A DNA stretch of 64,000 nucleotides from the NCBI GenBank assembly GCA_963845755.1, contig CAWJTV010000031.1:64001-128000 (forward strand). The letters are read 5' to 3'. Within the stretch, counting starts at the first letter, position 1; each line of letters begins with the position of its first letter. Under the pieces are notes generated by a model. It was not told where the DNA came from and did not search any database. It saw only the letters and a program-made list of their open reading frames with translations. This document shows positions 32,458 through 42,789 of this stretch, piece after piece. The translations under genes were made by a program, and so were the position numbers. Source of the DNA: an uncultured Planctomycetota bacterium. GTDB lineage: Bacteria; Planctomycetota; Planctomycetia; Isosphaerales; Isosphaeraceae.

Positions 32458-33787
32458 TCACCCGATCTGGGCGACGAGCAGGGTGCGGTCGTCCTCGGGA
32501 GGACGGCCGCCGGTGAACTGGTCGACGGCCTCGATGATGGCCCGGACGATCCCCGGCGCGTCGAGGTCGCATCGACCCAGGATCGCGTCGAGCCGTTCGA
32601 CGCCGAACTGAATGTCGCGGTCGTTCATGGCTTCGGTGATGCCATCCGTGTAGAAGGCCAGCGTGTCGTCGGGCTGAAGAGTGAGGGTTGCTTGATCGTA
32701 CTCGAGGTTGTCAACCAGGCCCAGGGGTGGCCCGCCGATCTCGTCGAGAGCATGGACGAAGTCCTCGCCGCATCGTTTCAGCCGAGGTGGGTTGTGGCCG
32801 GCGCATGCGTAGGTGATCGCGCGTCGCGATGCGTCGAAAACCCCGTAGAACGCCGTGACGAAACCCTCGTTGCTAGCGTTGTAACGTCGGCAAAGATGCC
32901 GGTTGACGTGCCCCAGCAGCACCGCCGGTGGCTCGGGATTGCCTGGTAGGCCGTGGGCCAGGCTGTGCGTGATCGCCATCATCACGGCCGCTGGTGTGCC
33001 ATGGCCACTGACGTCCGCGATCAGGATGCCCCAGCGATCATCGGGAAGCGGGAAGAAGTCGTAATAATCACCCCCCGCCCACTGCGATGTCTGATAGTGA
33101 GCACCCAGCTCCAGCCCGGGAATCGCCGGGAGCACCTGGGGCAGGAGAGATCGCTGGATGTCGGCCACCACCTTAAGCTCTCGCTCGACGATCTCATAGG
33201 CGCGCTTTAATTCCTCGCGCAGGCGGAGGTTGTACGTGAGCCGGCCGAATAAGCTGCTTACCCAAAGCCATTCCGGGAACTTCTCGGGATCGAATGCCGC
33301 GGGCTCTGCCTCCAGGAGGATGACCATGTTTCAGCGCCGTTCCGTGATCGTAATGCGGTATCGCCATTAGCGAGCGGAAGCCTTCCAGGTACTTGATCGC
33401 CGGGTCGTTCTCGGCCAGCAGCGGCGCGATGTCGTCAACGAGCCGGGGCTCGTTGGCGTAGATCAACTCGCTCAGCAGCCCCCCCTCCAGCAGCGGCAGC
33501 CGCGCCTTGTCCTTCCAGGGATCGATTTCCTCAGTCCAGGTGCTCGATCGCGTGATCCGGTACTTCGGGGCGTCGAGCCCCCGACGGCTCAACGAGATCC
33601 ATCGGCCCGCCGGCATCAACTTGCGCACCCGGCTGCCGTAGGACCGCACCATCGTCTGCGGGTCTTCCTCCAGGCTCATGTCGCGCATCATTTGATCGAT
33701 GAAGGCCAGTCGCTCCTGCCAGTCCCCTTCCAAGAAGCCTAGACTGCCATGCCCTGGCTTCGGCGCTGCTGTGAGGGAGCAGCTCAT
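32458..33787 (-). CDS. GAF-like + SpoIIE/PP2C (RsbU-like) serine phosphatase, frameshift ~33330
   Basis: Motifs IQRSLLP, AGGDYYDF, ADVSGHG, AGHNPP, YTDGITEA, EDDRT. The N-terminal fragment is in another frame. Confidence 0.88.
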
Positions 33788-34113
33788 TCGTTCTGCGGAA
33801 ATGAGTGAACTCATGATCCCAATCGCCCTTGTCTGCACTTCAAACGGTAACCACTGGGGTATTCTACCCGAGGCGTCGAGACCCAAGTCGAGTCTTTCAC
33901 GACGTCAGTCCAATTGGTGCCTACGAGCTGGCACGAGATTCGTTATCGAGAGGTAGGTCGAAAACGTCTCGCCATTCTTCGATTCAGTCCATTGATACAA
34001 GTTGTTTTCTCACAAGATATTAGGCGAAGGAATACCCGCACGGCCGTGGAGTGTTCGTCGTCTACTGGCATCGCTCGTACGTGATCGTGCCTTCAGAAAA
34101 AGCAGGCCTGCTA

Positions 34114-35493
34114 ATGAAACGCGCAACGCCGATTCCCTTTATTCTACTGGTCATCCTGGCATTTACAGCCTTGTTCGCTCCAAGTTCGAAGAACACGATT
34201 CCGGCGGGGGGACCGATCAATCCGGGCGACGTCGCCTGGATGTTGACGGCTTCGGCGCTGGTTCTGCTCATGACACCTGGCTTGTCTTTCTTCTACGGGG
34301 GAATGGTCAGTCTGAAGAATGTGGTTTCGACGATGCTCCAGAGCGTCGTGGCTCTGGGTGTGATCAGCCTGGTATGGTTGGCAGTGGGATTCAGTTTGGC
34401 GTTCGGGGACAGCCTGGGTGGTTTCGTAGGCAATCCCCTGACGTTCCTGATGTTCGACGGCGTGGGAGAAGTGACCCACCCCACGCTGTCGCAGACGATT
34501 CCCCTGGTCCTGTTCGCGTTCTTCCAGCTCAAGTTCGCCATTATCACGCCAGCGTTGATCACAGGCTCGTTCGCGGAACGGGTTCGGTTCTCGTCCTACT
34601 TGCTGTTCATCGTGTTGTTCAGCCTATTCATCTACGCGCCGCTGGCACATTGGACCTGGCATCCCGACGGCTTCCTGCGAAAGTGGGGGGTGCTCGATTT
34701 CGCGGGGGGGACGGTGGTGCACATGTCGGCGGGCTGGGCGGCGCTCGCCGGGGCGCTGATGCTGGGTCGACGGAAAAGCCATCTTTCCAACGAAACGTCC
34801 TCGCCGGCCAACGTCCCGTTCGTGTTGCTGGGCACGGGTATGCTCTGGTTCGGCTGGTTCGGTTTCAACGCCGGCTCGGCGCTCGGCGCCAACGGTTCGG
34901 CGGCGATGGCCTTCGCGACCACGAACACGGCCTCGGCAGCGGCGATGCTCGGCTGGATGTTCTTCGACTGGATGCGCGGGCGAAAACCCTCGGCGCTCGG
35001 CGCCTGTATTGGAGCGGTGGTCGGCCTTGTGGCCATCACGCCGGCAGCTGGTTACGTCACCCTCCGTGAGAGTATCTTTATCGGCGTGTGCGCCAGCGTC
35101 GTCAGCAACCTGGCCGCCCACTGGAAAAGCAGATCGACTCTCGACGACACTCTCGACGTTTTTCCCTGTCACGGTGTCGGCGGTATGGTCGGCATGCTCA
35201 TGACCGGGATCTTCGCAAAGGACGTCGGATTAACTAGCGGCCAGACGGCCACATTCCTCGCCCACCTGGGGGCCCTGTTGATCGTGTCCGCCTACAGTTT
35301 CATCGGCTCCTGGATCCTCTACAAGGCGACCGACATGATCATCCCCATGCGTGTACCCGAAGAGCAGGAGATCGAGGGACTTGACCTCAGCCAGCACGGC
35401 GAGACCGCGATCGCCCCCGAGCTGCTCCTGGCCCCATCGACCAACGGCAACGGCGTCCATGCGCCCCTGTCCAAGGAGTTGGTCATGAGCTGA
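34114..35493 (+). CDS. amtB: ammonium transporter
   Basis: Motifs MTPGLSFFYGG, FFQLKFA, DFAGGTVVH, WFGWFGFNAGS, ITPAAG, DDTLDVFPCHG, GLDLSQHGE. Confidence 0.97.
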   Translation: MKRATPIPFILLVILAFTALFAPSSKNTIPAGGPINPGDVAWMLTASALVLLMTPGLSFFYGGMVSLKNVVSTMLQSVVALGVISLVWLAVGFSLAFGDSLGGFVGNPLTFLMFDGVGEVTHPTLSQTIPLVLFAFFQLKFAIITPALITGSFAERVRFSSYLLFIVLFSLFIYAPLAHWTWHPDGFLRKWGVLDFAGGTVVHMSAGWAALAGALMLGRRKSHLSNETSSPANVPFVLLGTGMLWFGWFGFNAGSALGANGSAAMAFATTNTASAAAMLGWMFFDWMRGRKPSALGACIGAVVGLVAITPAAGYVTLRESIFIGVCASVVSNLAAHWKSRSTLDDTLDVFPCHGVGGMVGMLMTGIFAKDVGLTSGQTATFLAHLGALLIVSAYSFIGSWILYKATDMIIPMRVPEEQEIEGLDLSQHGETAIAPELLLAPSTNGNGVHAPLSKELVMS

Positions 35494-35610
35494 CGCCCTC
35501 GTCGATCGGCTCCCGATCGCGAGCAGCGATTGCAGCGGGCTTCGCGCCTTGCCACAATCGGACCGTGGAGTGGACTTGCCACAGACTCGCGCACCCGGAG
35601 CTTCCTGACC

Positions 35611-37389
35611 ATGCGACGCTCGTGCACGCTCAGGACCGCGATCGCCGCCCTTCTCATCGCCAACTCGGGAATCGTCGCGCGAGCCCATGTCCCGCCGACC
35701 CCGATCCGGCTGGTCGATGTCCAGGGCCAGCCGGTCGCCGGGGCGATCGTGGGGACCGATTTCCTCGAGTTTGGCGGTCGAACTTTGCCCTTCCCGACCT
35801 GGACAGGGACCGAATCCCGGACGACTGACGAGCGGGGCGAGACGTCGTTGACGATGAGGGGTGAGACTGGCGTCTACGCGATCCGAGAGGACAAGGATCG
35901 ACCGCTGGTCGGCGCGATCCGCGTCACGCGTGCCGAGCTCGGCAGGCCCGCGAGGATCGTGATGCATCCGGCCTGTCGGGTTCGCCTGCGGGTCGAATGC
36001 CCTGGCTTCCGGGAGCTGGAGGAGAAGTATCATGCCGAGTTGAGGGATCCGAACTGGAGATCCGAAGCGACCGTTTTGCTCGGCGAGGGTGGCAAGTTGA
36101 CGCACTTACTCTCGATCAGCTCGGCGACCAACGAGCTGGAGGTCCTCTTACCACCTGGCCGGTATACGATCCAGGCCAGGGCAGATGACACCCAGCCGGA
36201 ATCGCGAGCGATCGAGGTCCGGTCGGGACATCGATTGCGGAGCCTGGGAATCCTCGAGCTGAGCCTCACACCTACCGTGAAGGCCGGGATCTTCCGAGAT
36301 TGCTGGCGCGTGTTCCGCTCGGATCCCCGGTCCTCGCTGGATGGAGGCAGGTCCGACGTAAATAGCCGCGCATGGTACCGCCGTTCCGAGTGGGGCCCCA
36401 CGCCAAATGGCGATGCATCCTTTATCAAGGATCTGGCCTTCTCGCCCGACGGCAAAGTGCTGGCGACGACGCACACCTATAACGAAGGTTCCGGCGTGGT
36501 CAAACTCTGGGACGTCCGGACGGGCACGCTGGCCGCGACCCTGACCGGCCCGGATGGCGAGAATGCCGTCCATGAGTTGGCCTTCGCACCCAATGGTGCA
36601 ATCCTTGCCGGATCGGTCGCATCGAAGCATAACTTTGAGCTGTCGTCGTCGGTCATGCTCTGGGATACCGCGGGGCGTCAGGTGAAACGGACGCTCCGCG
36701 GCCACACAATGGCGATCACTGCGCTGGCATTCTCGCCGGACGGCCACGCGCTGGCAACCGCCAGTGGGGATGCGACGGTCCGGTTCTGGGACGTGGCGAG
36801 TGGTCGTGAGATCGGCCGGTCCGAGTTCAAACTTGAACACGATGGGCCTCGGCGAATCGCTTATGCACCCGATGGCCGGACACTGGCAGTCTCCCACGAC
36901 GATTCGTTGACACTCTGGGAGATCCCGGGCTACCAGCGTCGCTCGACGCTCGAACCCGGTCGTTTCTATATTCAGTCATTGGCTTTCGCGCCCGATGGCC
37001 GGACGCTCGCCGCTTCTGGTTCGATGATCGGTCGCGACGGCGAAGTCCTGGACGGTCAGGTGCGGCTATACGACATGACCTCCAGACCCCCTCTCCGCCG
37101 CGCCACGCTGACTCTCGACCCGGCGGCGCCCGCCAGAATGAATGTTGGCGCGGATTACTTCGGTGACGTCGTCTTCACGCCCGACGGCCGCCGGATCATC
37201 TCGGTCGCCGGGTCAACAATCGGGATCTGGGACGCGTCAACCGGGGTCGAGTTCGCCTCGCTCGTGGTCAGCACGGGCAACGCGGGCCATCAACTCGCAG
37301 TCTCACCCGACGGCCGATGGCTGGCCATCACAGACCATCATCGGCCTTATGTCCGCCTAATCGGGATCCCCCAGCCTCCATCGCCTTGA
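35611..37389 (+). CDS. secreted protein: carboxypeptidase-regulatory-like domains + WD40 beta-propeller
   Basis: Signal peptide; LVDVQGQPVAGA; repeated LAFSPDG...LWD units. Confidence 0.85.
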   Translation: MRRSCTLRTAIAALLIANSGIVARAHVPPTPIRLVDVQGQPVAGAIVGTDFLEFGGRTLPFPTWTGTESRTTDERGETSLTMRGETGVYAIREDKDRPLVGAIRVTRAELGRPARIVMHPACRVRLRVECPGFRELEEKYHAELRDPNWRSEATVLLGEGGKLTHLLSISSATNELEVLLPPGRYTIQARADDTQPESRAIEVRSGHRLRSLGILELSLTPTVKAGIFRDCWRVFRSDPRSSLDGGRSDVNSRAWYRRSEWGPTPNGDASFIKDLAFSPDGKVLATTHTYNEGSGVVKLWDVRTGTLAATLTGPDGENAVHELAFAPNGAILAGSVASKHNFELSSSVMLWDTAGRQVKRTLRGHTMAITALAFSPDGHALATASGDATVRFWDVASGREIGRSEFKLEHDGPRRIAYAPDGRTLAVSHDDSLTLWEIPGYQRRSTLEPGRFYIQSLAFAPDGRTLAASGSMIGRDGEVLDGQVRLYDMTSRPPLRRATLTLDPAAPARMNVGADYFGDVVFTPDGRRIISVAGSTIGIWDASTGVEFASLVVSTGNAGHQLAVSPDGRWLAITDHHRPYVRLIGIPQPPSP

Positions 37390-37405
37390 TTCGCTCGCGC
37401 GGTCC

Positions 37406-38392
37406 TCACGAGAACCCGAGGACCGGGTGTGGGACATACGGCTCCTCGAGCCCTGCCATCTCCTCGGGAGTGAGTTGGATCGAAAGGGCGGCCATGGCGT
37501 CCTCGAGGTGGTGCGGCTTGGTCGCGCCGATGATCGGCGCGGTGACGGCGGACTTGTGGAGCATCCAGGCCAGCGCGATCTCGGCGCGGGTCACGCCTCT
37601 TGCTGTGGCCACCTCGCCCACGCGGTCCACGACGATCCGGTCGGACTCTTCGGTCCGGGCGTAAAGGGTCTTGCCAAACTCGTCCGTCCCGGCCCGCTCC
37701 GTGCTGCTTCGCTGGTCCCACGGCCGGGCCAGCCGGCCGCGCGCGAGCGGGCTCCAGGGAATAACGCCGATCCCCTCGGCCGCGCAGAGAACAAGCATCT
37801 CCCGCTCTTCCTCGCGATAGAGCAAATTGTAGTGGTTCTGCATCGAGACGAACCGCGACCAGCCATGGAGGTCGGCCAGGTGGAGGGCCTTACAAAACTG
37901 CCAGGCGAACATCGACGAGGCGCCGAGATACCGGGCCTTGCCGGCCTTCACGATGTCGTGAAGCGCCTCAAGCGTCTCCTCGATCGGCGTCTGGTAGTCC
38001 CAGCGGTGGATCTGGTAGAGGTCGACGTACTCGGTGCCAAGCCGTCGCAGACTCGCGTCGATTTCGGTCAGGATTGCCTTGCGCGAAAGGCCGCGACCGT
38101 TCGGGTCTTTCCGCGTCGGATAGAACACCTTGGTCGCGATCACGACCTCGTCCCGCCGGGTGAGATCGCGAATCGCCCGACCAAGGATCTCCTCGCTCGT
38201 ACCGTCGGAATACGAGTTGGAGGTGTCGAAGAAGTTGATACCGAGCTCCAGGGCACGGGCGAGGAAGGGCCGCGCCTGCGCTTCATCGAGCGTCCATAGG
38301 TCGGCGCCCCGCTCCGGTACCCCATAGCTCATGCATCCCAGGCAAAGACGAGAGATCTTCAGACCGGTCCTTCCCAGATTCACGTAATCCAT
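37406..38392 (-). CDS. aldo/keto reductase (YajO-like)
   Basis: Motifs LGCMSYG, FFDTSNSY, IATKV, DLYQIHRWD, MQNHYNL, PWSPLARG. Confidence 0.95.
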   Translation of the reverse strand: MDYVNLGRTGLKISRLCLGCMSYGVPERGADLWTLDEAQARPFLARALELGINFFDTSNSYSDGTSEEILGRAIRDLTRRDEVVIATKVFYPTRKDPNGRGLSRKAILTEIDASLRRLGTEYVDLYQIHRWDYQTPIEETLEALHDIVKAGKARYLGASSMFAWQFCKALHLADLHGWSRFVSMQNHYNLLYREEEREMLVLCAAEGIGVIPWSPLARGRLARPWDQRSSTERAGTDEFGKTLYARTEESDRIVVDRVGEVATARGVTRAEIALAWMLHKSAVTAPIIGATKPHHLEDAMAALSIQLTPEEMAGLEEPYVPHPVLGFS

Positions 38393-38451
38393 GATGCTTC
38401 TCCCGTGCAACAAATAGATATTCTTAAATTATCAATTGTTGTGATACTCCG

Positions 38452-38805
38452 TCATCTCATCCGGTGATGCCCAGAAGGTTTCCCTCGGTGGGGCATCAGG
38501 GCGATCATCAGCACGCCGCAAGGTCCGAAGACGAGGCCCCAGCAGAAGCCCTCGAATCGCGATTTCCCTCGCCGCCGTGCCACCCAGGCCCCATAGCCGC
38601 CGAAACTCAAGAAGATCGCGAAGGGAGTAATGATGGCCTGGATCGGTTCGAACGTGGCCGTGGTCGTGCACGCCCGGAGCGAGGCGAACAGACACGCCGA
38701 GGATCCTACCAGGAGGATGATATCCGCCAAGGTGTAGATTCGGCGCGGCGGGTCGGGCGGCACGGCGCAAGGCTCCGTCTTGGCTCGGCCCGGGGGATTC
38801 ACCAC
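38452..38805 (-). CDS. hypothetical small membrane protein
   Basis: 117 aa with three hydrophobic segments (EGFCWGLVFGPCGVL). Confidence 0.55.
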   Translation of the reverse strand: MVNPPGRAKTEPCAVPPDPPRRIYTLADIILLVGSSACLFASLRACTTTATFEPIQAIITPFAIFLSFGGYGAWVARRRGKSRFEGFCWGLVFGPCGVLMIALMPHRGKPSGHHRMR

Positions 38806-38964
38806 GAAATACGCGAAAGAAGCGGGGACAAACCGGGATTCAGGATGCGCCGACCCCTCACACGATGCGTTCCAAGGCTCGCCTTTCCTTTCCTCTTTCG
38901 TGTAATTCGCGATAAAATCTCTTAGTTTATTAGTTCTAAGATTCGTGGATGATGCAGAGGCCGA

Positions 38965-40293
38965 TCAGAGCCCTTCAACCTCCCAGCCCTTACGATAGTG
39001 GCGCCGGACGTATTGGTTGGCCTCGGAGACGTTCGTGACCTTCAGGGCCGCCGAGTCCCAATCCAGGGTGGTCTTGGGGAACCGGGTGGCAAGACAGCCC
39101 AGCAGGACCGATTCGGTGAGCGGGCCAGCGTAGTCGAACGGTGCCGAGGTCTTGCCGTTGCCGCGGCAGGCTTCGACGAACTGAAGGTAATGGTCATTCC
39201 CACCCGGATCTGGCAGCTTGGTACCCTTGAACTTCTCCGCAGGCAGGAGGATGGGGTTGTCGATGTAGGGGGCGTAGAGGATCCCTTCGGTACCGATGTA
39301 GATCGAACCCTGGTCCTGGAGGGATCGTCTGCCGATGAGCGACTGCACCTCGGCGGGCGGGCGGGCGTTGCCGTCGTACCAGTAAAGGGTGAAGGTGTCG
39401 GCCGTATACTTCGTGCCCGGGAAGACGTATCGCACCTTGGAGTCCAGTCCCCAATTGTGGGCGTTTGGGGCACCGCCCTCGGATCGCAGCGACTTTGGGG
39501 CGGTCAGCGCGAGCGCGGTGAATACGGGGTCGAGGATGTGGCAGCCCATGTCGCCGAAGGTCCCAGTGCCGAAGTCGAGGCGCTTTCGCCATTCGCCTGG
39601 GTGATAATAATGGGCGAGGAAAGGCCGATCCGCCGCCACGCCGAGCCAGGCGTCCCAGTTCAGGCCAGCCGGGATCGTGTCCTTCCGGTCCGGCCTGGGG
39701 TTCCGATCGCCCCAGTGCTTGCCGCTCCAGCTCAGAACCTCCATCACCTTGCCGATCAACCCGGCCTGGACCGTCGCGACAATTCGCCGGTGGACCGGGT
39801 GGGAGTGGATCTGAATCCCCATCTGGGTGACGAGCTTCTTCTCGCCTGCGACTCTGGCGACCTGCCTGGCTTCGTAGATCGTCTGGGTCATCGGCTTCTG
39901 ACAGTAGACATTGAGCCCGCGGTGCAGGGCGCTCATGGTGATCGGGGCGTGCATGTGGTCGGGTGTGGAAACATTGACCGAATTGAGGTTCTTCTCCTTA
40001 TCGAGCAGCTCGCGCCAGTCCTGATAGACCTTCACGCCCGGGAACTGGCTGGTGATCCGCGCCGTATGCCGCAAATCCACATCGGCCACGGCGACGAGCT
40101 TGATGTGGGGGCTGGCCGTGATCGAGCCGATGTCGGATCCGGCCATGCCCGAGGCGCCGAAACTGGCATGGTAGACGGTCTCGCTCGGCGCAGCCGTGGC
40201 GTGCGCCCTCATGATGAAGGGAAATGCGATACTGGTTGCGGCGACATTGCGAAGAGCGGCCCGGCGGGTCACTCGGGAGGTAGGCGATGACAT
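38965..40293 (-). CDS. Gfo/Idh/MocA oxidoreductase, Tat-type N-terminus
   Basis: Motifs TRRAAL, STPDHMHA, YCQKP, QMGIQ, GDMGCH. Confidence 0.93.
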   Translation of the reverse strand: MSSPTSRVTRRAALRNVAATSIAFPFIMRAHATAAPSETVYHASFGASGMAGSDIGSITASPHIKLVAVADVDLRHTARITSQFPGVKVYQDWRELLDKEKNLNSVNVSTPDHMHAPITMSALHRGLNVYCQKPMTQTIYEARQVARVAGEKKLVTQMGIQIHSHPVHRRIVATVQAGLIGKVMEVLSWSGKHWGDRNPRPDRKDTIPAGLNWDAWLGVAADRPFLAHYYHPGEWRKRLDFGTGTFGDMGCHILDPVFTALALTAPKSLRSEGGAPNAHNWGLDSKVRYVFPGTKYTADTFTLYWYDGNARPPAEVQSLIGRRSLQDQGSIYIGTEGILYAPYIDNPILLPAEKFKGTKLPDPGGNDHYLQFVEACRGNGKTSAPFDYAGPLTESVLLGCLATRFPKTTLDWDSAALKVTNVSEANQYVRRHYRKGWEVEGL

Positions 40294-41276
40294 TCGTGGA
40301 TCCTTTACGACCATGGTTCGCATGGTGGTGTGGAAGAAGGAGCGTCGTGCTATCAGATTATGACAGGGACGCGCCATCCACAACGACTGTCCGCTCATCG
40401 AGGTAGGGTTTTCTCGAGAGTTGTCAATGATCACCGCCCGCAATACGGGGCAGGAACCTGATCCACTCCGGAAACCCGCTCAGCCCATGAGCAACGATCG
40501 GCGAGGGCTTGAACTCGAAGCGTCTACGACTCCGAGGAGAGTATCGTCCGTCGCGAACCGTCACGCTGGTTGGCACAAAAAGGCATCTTTTTGGCAGGTC
40601 GCCATCGCCGATCTCCATGGCCGGAAGGGAGTTAGTGGCGATCTCCCGAAGGAGTGGGACGGATCCGGTCGTCGCAGCCCGTTCCCGAGGAGGACCTGAC
40701 CGGTCCGATCGGTTTCCGCACGCATGGCCTGTCGGTGGCTCCGACTCTCTGGTAGAATTGGTCACTTACATCGTCTAATATTAGTATGCCGCAACTTTGA
40801 GATTTCGTTAATGCACCTAGCGCGAAATCTGGACCACGGACCGCCCGAAGTCTCGACTGGGACTGCGGATGCGAAATCCCAAAAAAATTTCCGACCGGGT
40901 GATTAGTCCGTCTTCATCCGGGCCTTTCGGCTGCCGCCAGTTGTCCACGTACATGGTCGATCTTGTCGGTCGGCCGCTCTCTCACGAGTCCGAAGGATGA
41001 AGGCATCAAGCGACGGCCAGATGTCGCGGGCGCGATCGACCTGGCGTCGGCGCAGCGGACCGCCCGCGCACCGCCGGGTCGGCTCCGGATCCGTCGGGAC
41101 CGACTTGATCTCATCCCAGCCGCCCGGGACGGCAGGAACCCAGGCAAGGCTGTCGAAGAGGGGCCTTGTGGCGTCCGGAGCGGAACGGCTAAACGAGCGA
41201 GTAAGGAGGATGATCCAACGTCGCCGCCGCGGCGCACCAGTCTGCTCGTCCCCGGATTACCCCGGCTCGATGCTTC

Positions 41277-41937
41277 TTACTCACCTGGAGATCGTGAAGG
41301 TCGTGGATCCTCCGAGTGGGCTGCCCGAAACGCCGCCCAAGAGCGTAATCTGTCCCCCGGTCGCGTCTCTCGGGGCTCCCCAACACAATCGTCACGGCGT
41401 CGCCCGACGCGCTGAACGTGACGGTAATGTTTTGATCGTGTGCGGGACATACTCCACCTTCTTCCTGACCTTCTTGGTAATGTCGGTATCCATCTGATAG
41501 TTTTGGAATTCGCCGCCGCCGATGGATCGAGCGCCCTGCTGAAGTTGAAGATGAAGCCGGACAGCAGGGGCTTGCCGACGGACTTTTTCTTCTTGTTGGT
41601 CTTGCCCCGCAAGACGGGCTGCTGACTGACGACCACCGTAGACGTGGGCGTCGGAGTCGGAGTTGGGGTGGGCGGCGTGTGGGCGGGTAGACCGCGATAC
41701 GTCGGCTCCGATGTTCGACCCATCCTTCCCGGCGCCAATGGCGGGGCTGCCGGGCAGCGGGGTAACAGTCTCGGTGGGACCGCCGTTATCGGCTAGCGGT
41801 CCAAGTTTGGCGTCGATGACCTTGCCCGCCTTGGCTGAGCCGATCATATCGACCTGGACGCCGTTCTTGATTCCGGTGAGTGAGTCGCCATCGCCGATCA
41901 GATTGTAGCTGCTCTTCGGATCGACCGAACCGCTCAC
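41277..41937 (-). pseudogene. remnant of a large surface protein (choice-of-anchor-Q-like motif + PT linker + Lys-rich beta C-terminal domain)
   Basis: YNLIGDG...LGPLADNGGPTET...PGSPAIGAG, then a PTPTPTPT linker and KKKKSVGKPLLSGFIFNFS, spread over several frames; no N-terminus. Confidence 0.65.
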
Positions 41938-42097
41938 ATCGCCCGGCTGTTGTCATGGGCTCTGACAAAGGGACGCGCCGAGTGCAATCATCCTCGGATT
42001 CGATTACGCTGGACTCATGGGACAAACGATTCCGATTCTTTGGTCATCCTGTCCCCAACCCGGTCGGAATCGCAGTTGAGTGGGTATGGTGACTTCG

Positions 42098-42760
42098 ATG
42101 GCCGAACCATCCAGACCGAATTCCGGCTCAAGCGAGGCGGAGACGCAGAGCCTGATCGACCGCGCTGTCCAGGGGGACCAGGCCGCATGGGGCGAGTTGC
42201 TGGCCCGGCATCGCGATCGACTGCGGCGCATGGTCGCGCTCCGCCTCGACCGTCGGCTCCAGGGGCGGATCGATGCGTCCGACATCATCCAGGAGGCGAT
42301 GCTCGAGGCCAGCCACCGGTTGGCGGATTATCGGCAGAACCCGGCGATGCCCTTCTTTCTCTGGCTGAGGTACCTGACCGGTCAGCGGTTGCTGGAGCAG
42401 CATCGCCGCCACCTGGGGGCTCAGGGCCGCGATGCGGGGCGAGAGATCTCGCTGTATCGCGGCGCCATGCCCGAGACGTCCACCGCCGCGCTGGCGGCCC
42501 AGCTCCTGGGCCGGCATACCTCGCCCAGCCAGGCGGCGCAGCGGGCGGAACGGAAGATCCGGCTGCAAGAAGCACTCAATAGTCTGGATTCGGTTGACCG
42601 CGAGATCCTCGCGCTACGTCACTTCGAACATCTTTCTAACGGTGAGGCCGCGCAGGTGCTGGGGCTCGACAAGTCGGCCGCCAGCAAGCGCTACGCCCGG
42701 GCCCTCATCCGGCTCAAGGACATCCTGGCGAACATGCCCGGAGGACTTGGGGAACTCTGA
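42098..42760 (+). CDS. ECF sigma factor (planctomycete kinase-associated type)
   Basis: Motifs RDRLRRMVALRLD, DASDIIQE, FFLWLR, REILALRHFEHLSN.EAA. Confidence 0.95.
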   Translation: MAEPSRPNSGSSEAETQSLIDRAVQGDQAAWGELLARHRDRLRRMVALRLDRRLQGRIDASDIIQEAMLEASHRLADYRQNPAMPFFLWLRYLTGQRLLEQHRRHLGAQGRDAGREISLYRGAMPETSTAALAAQLLGRHTSPSQAAQRAERKIRLQEALNSLDSVDREILALRHFEHLSNGEAAQVLGLDKSAASKRYARALIRLKDILANMPGGLGEL

Positions 42761-42789
42761 TCGACCCGAACATTGAGGGAGCATCGACC

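Noticed and set aside
40294..41276. ncRNA or riboswitch in the long intergenic region (hairpin AGATTTCG...CGAAATCT near 40800)
   Set aside because: No recognisable family consensus by eye; an Rfam/Infernal scan would be needed.
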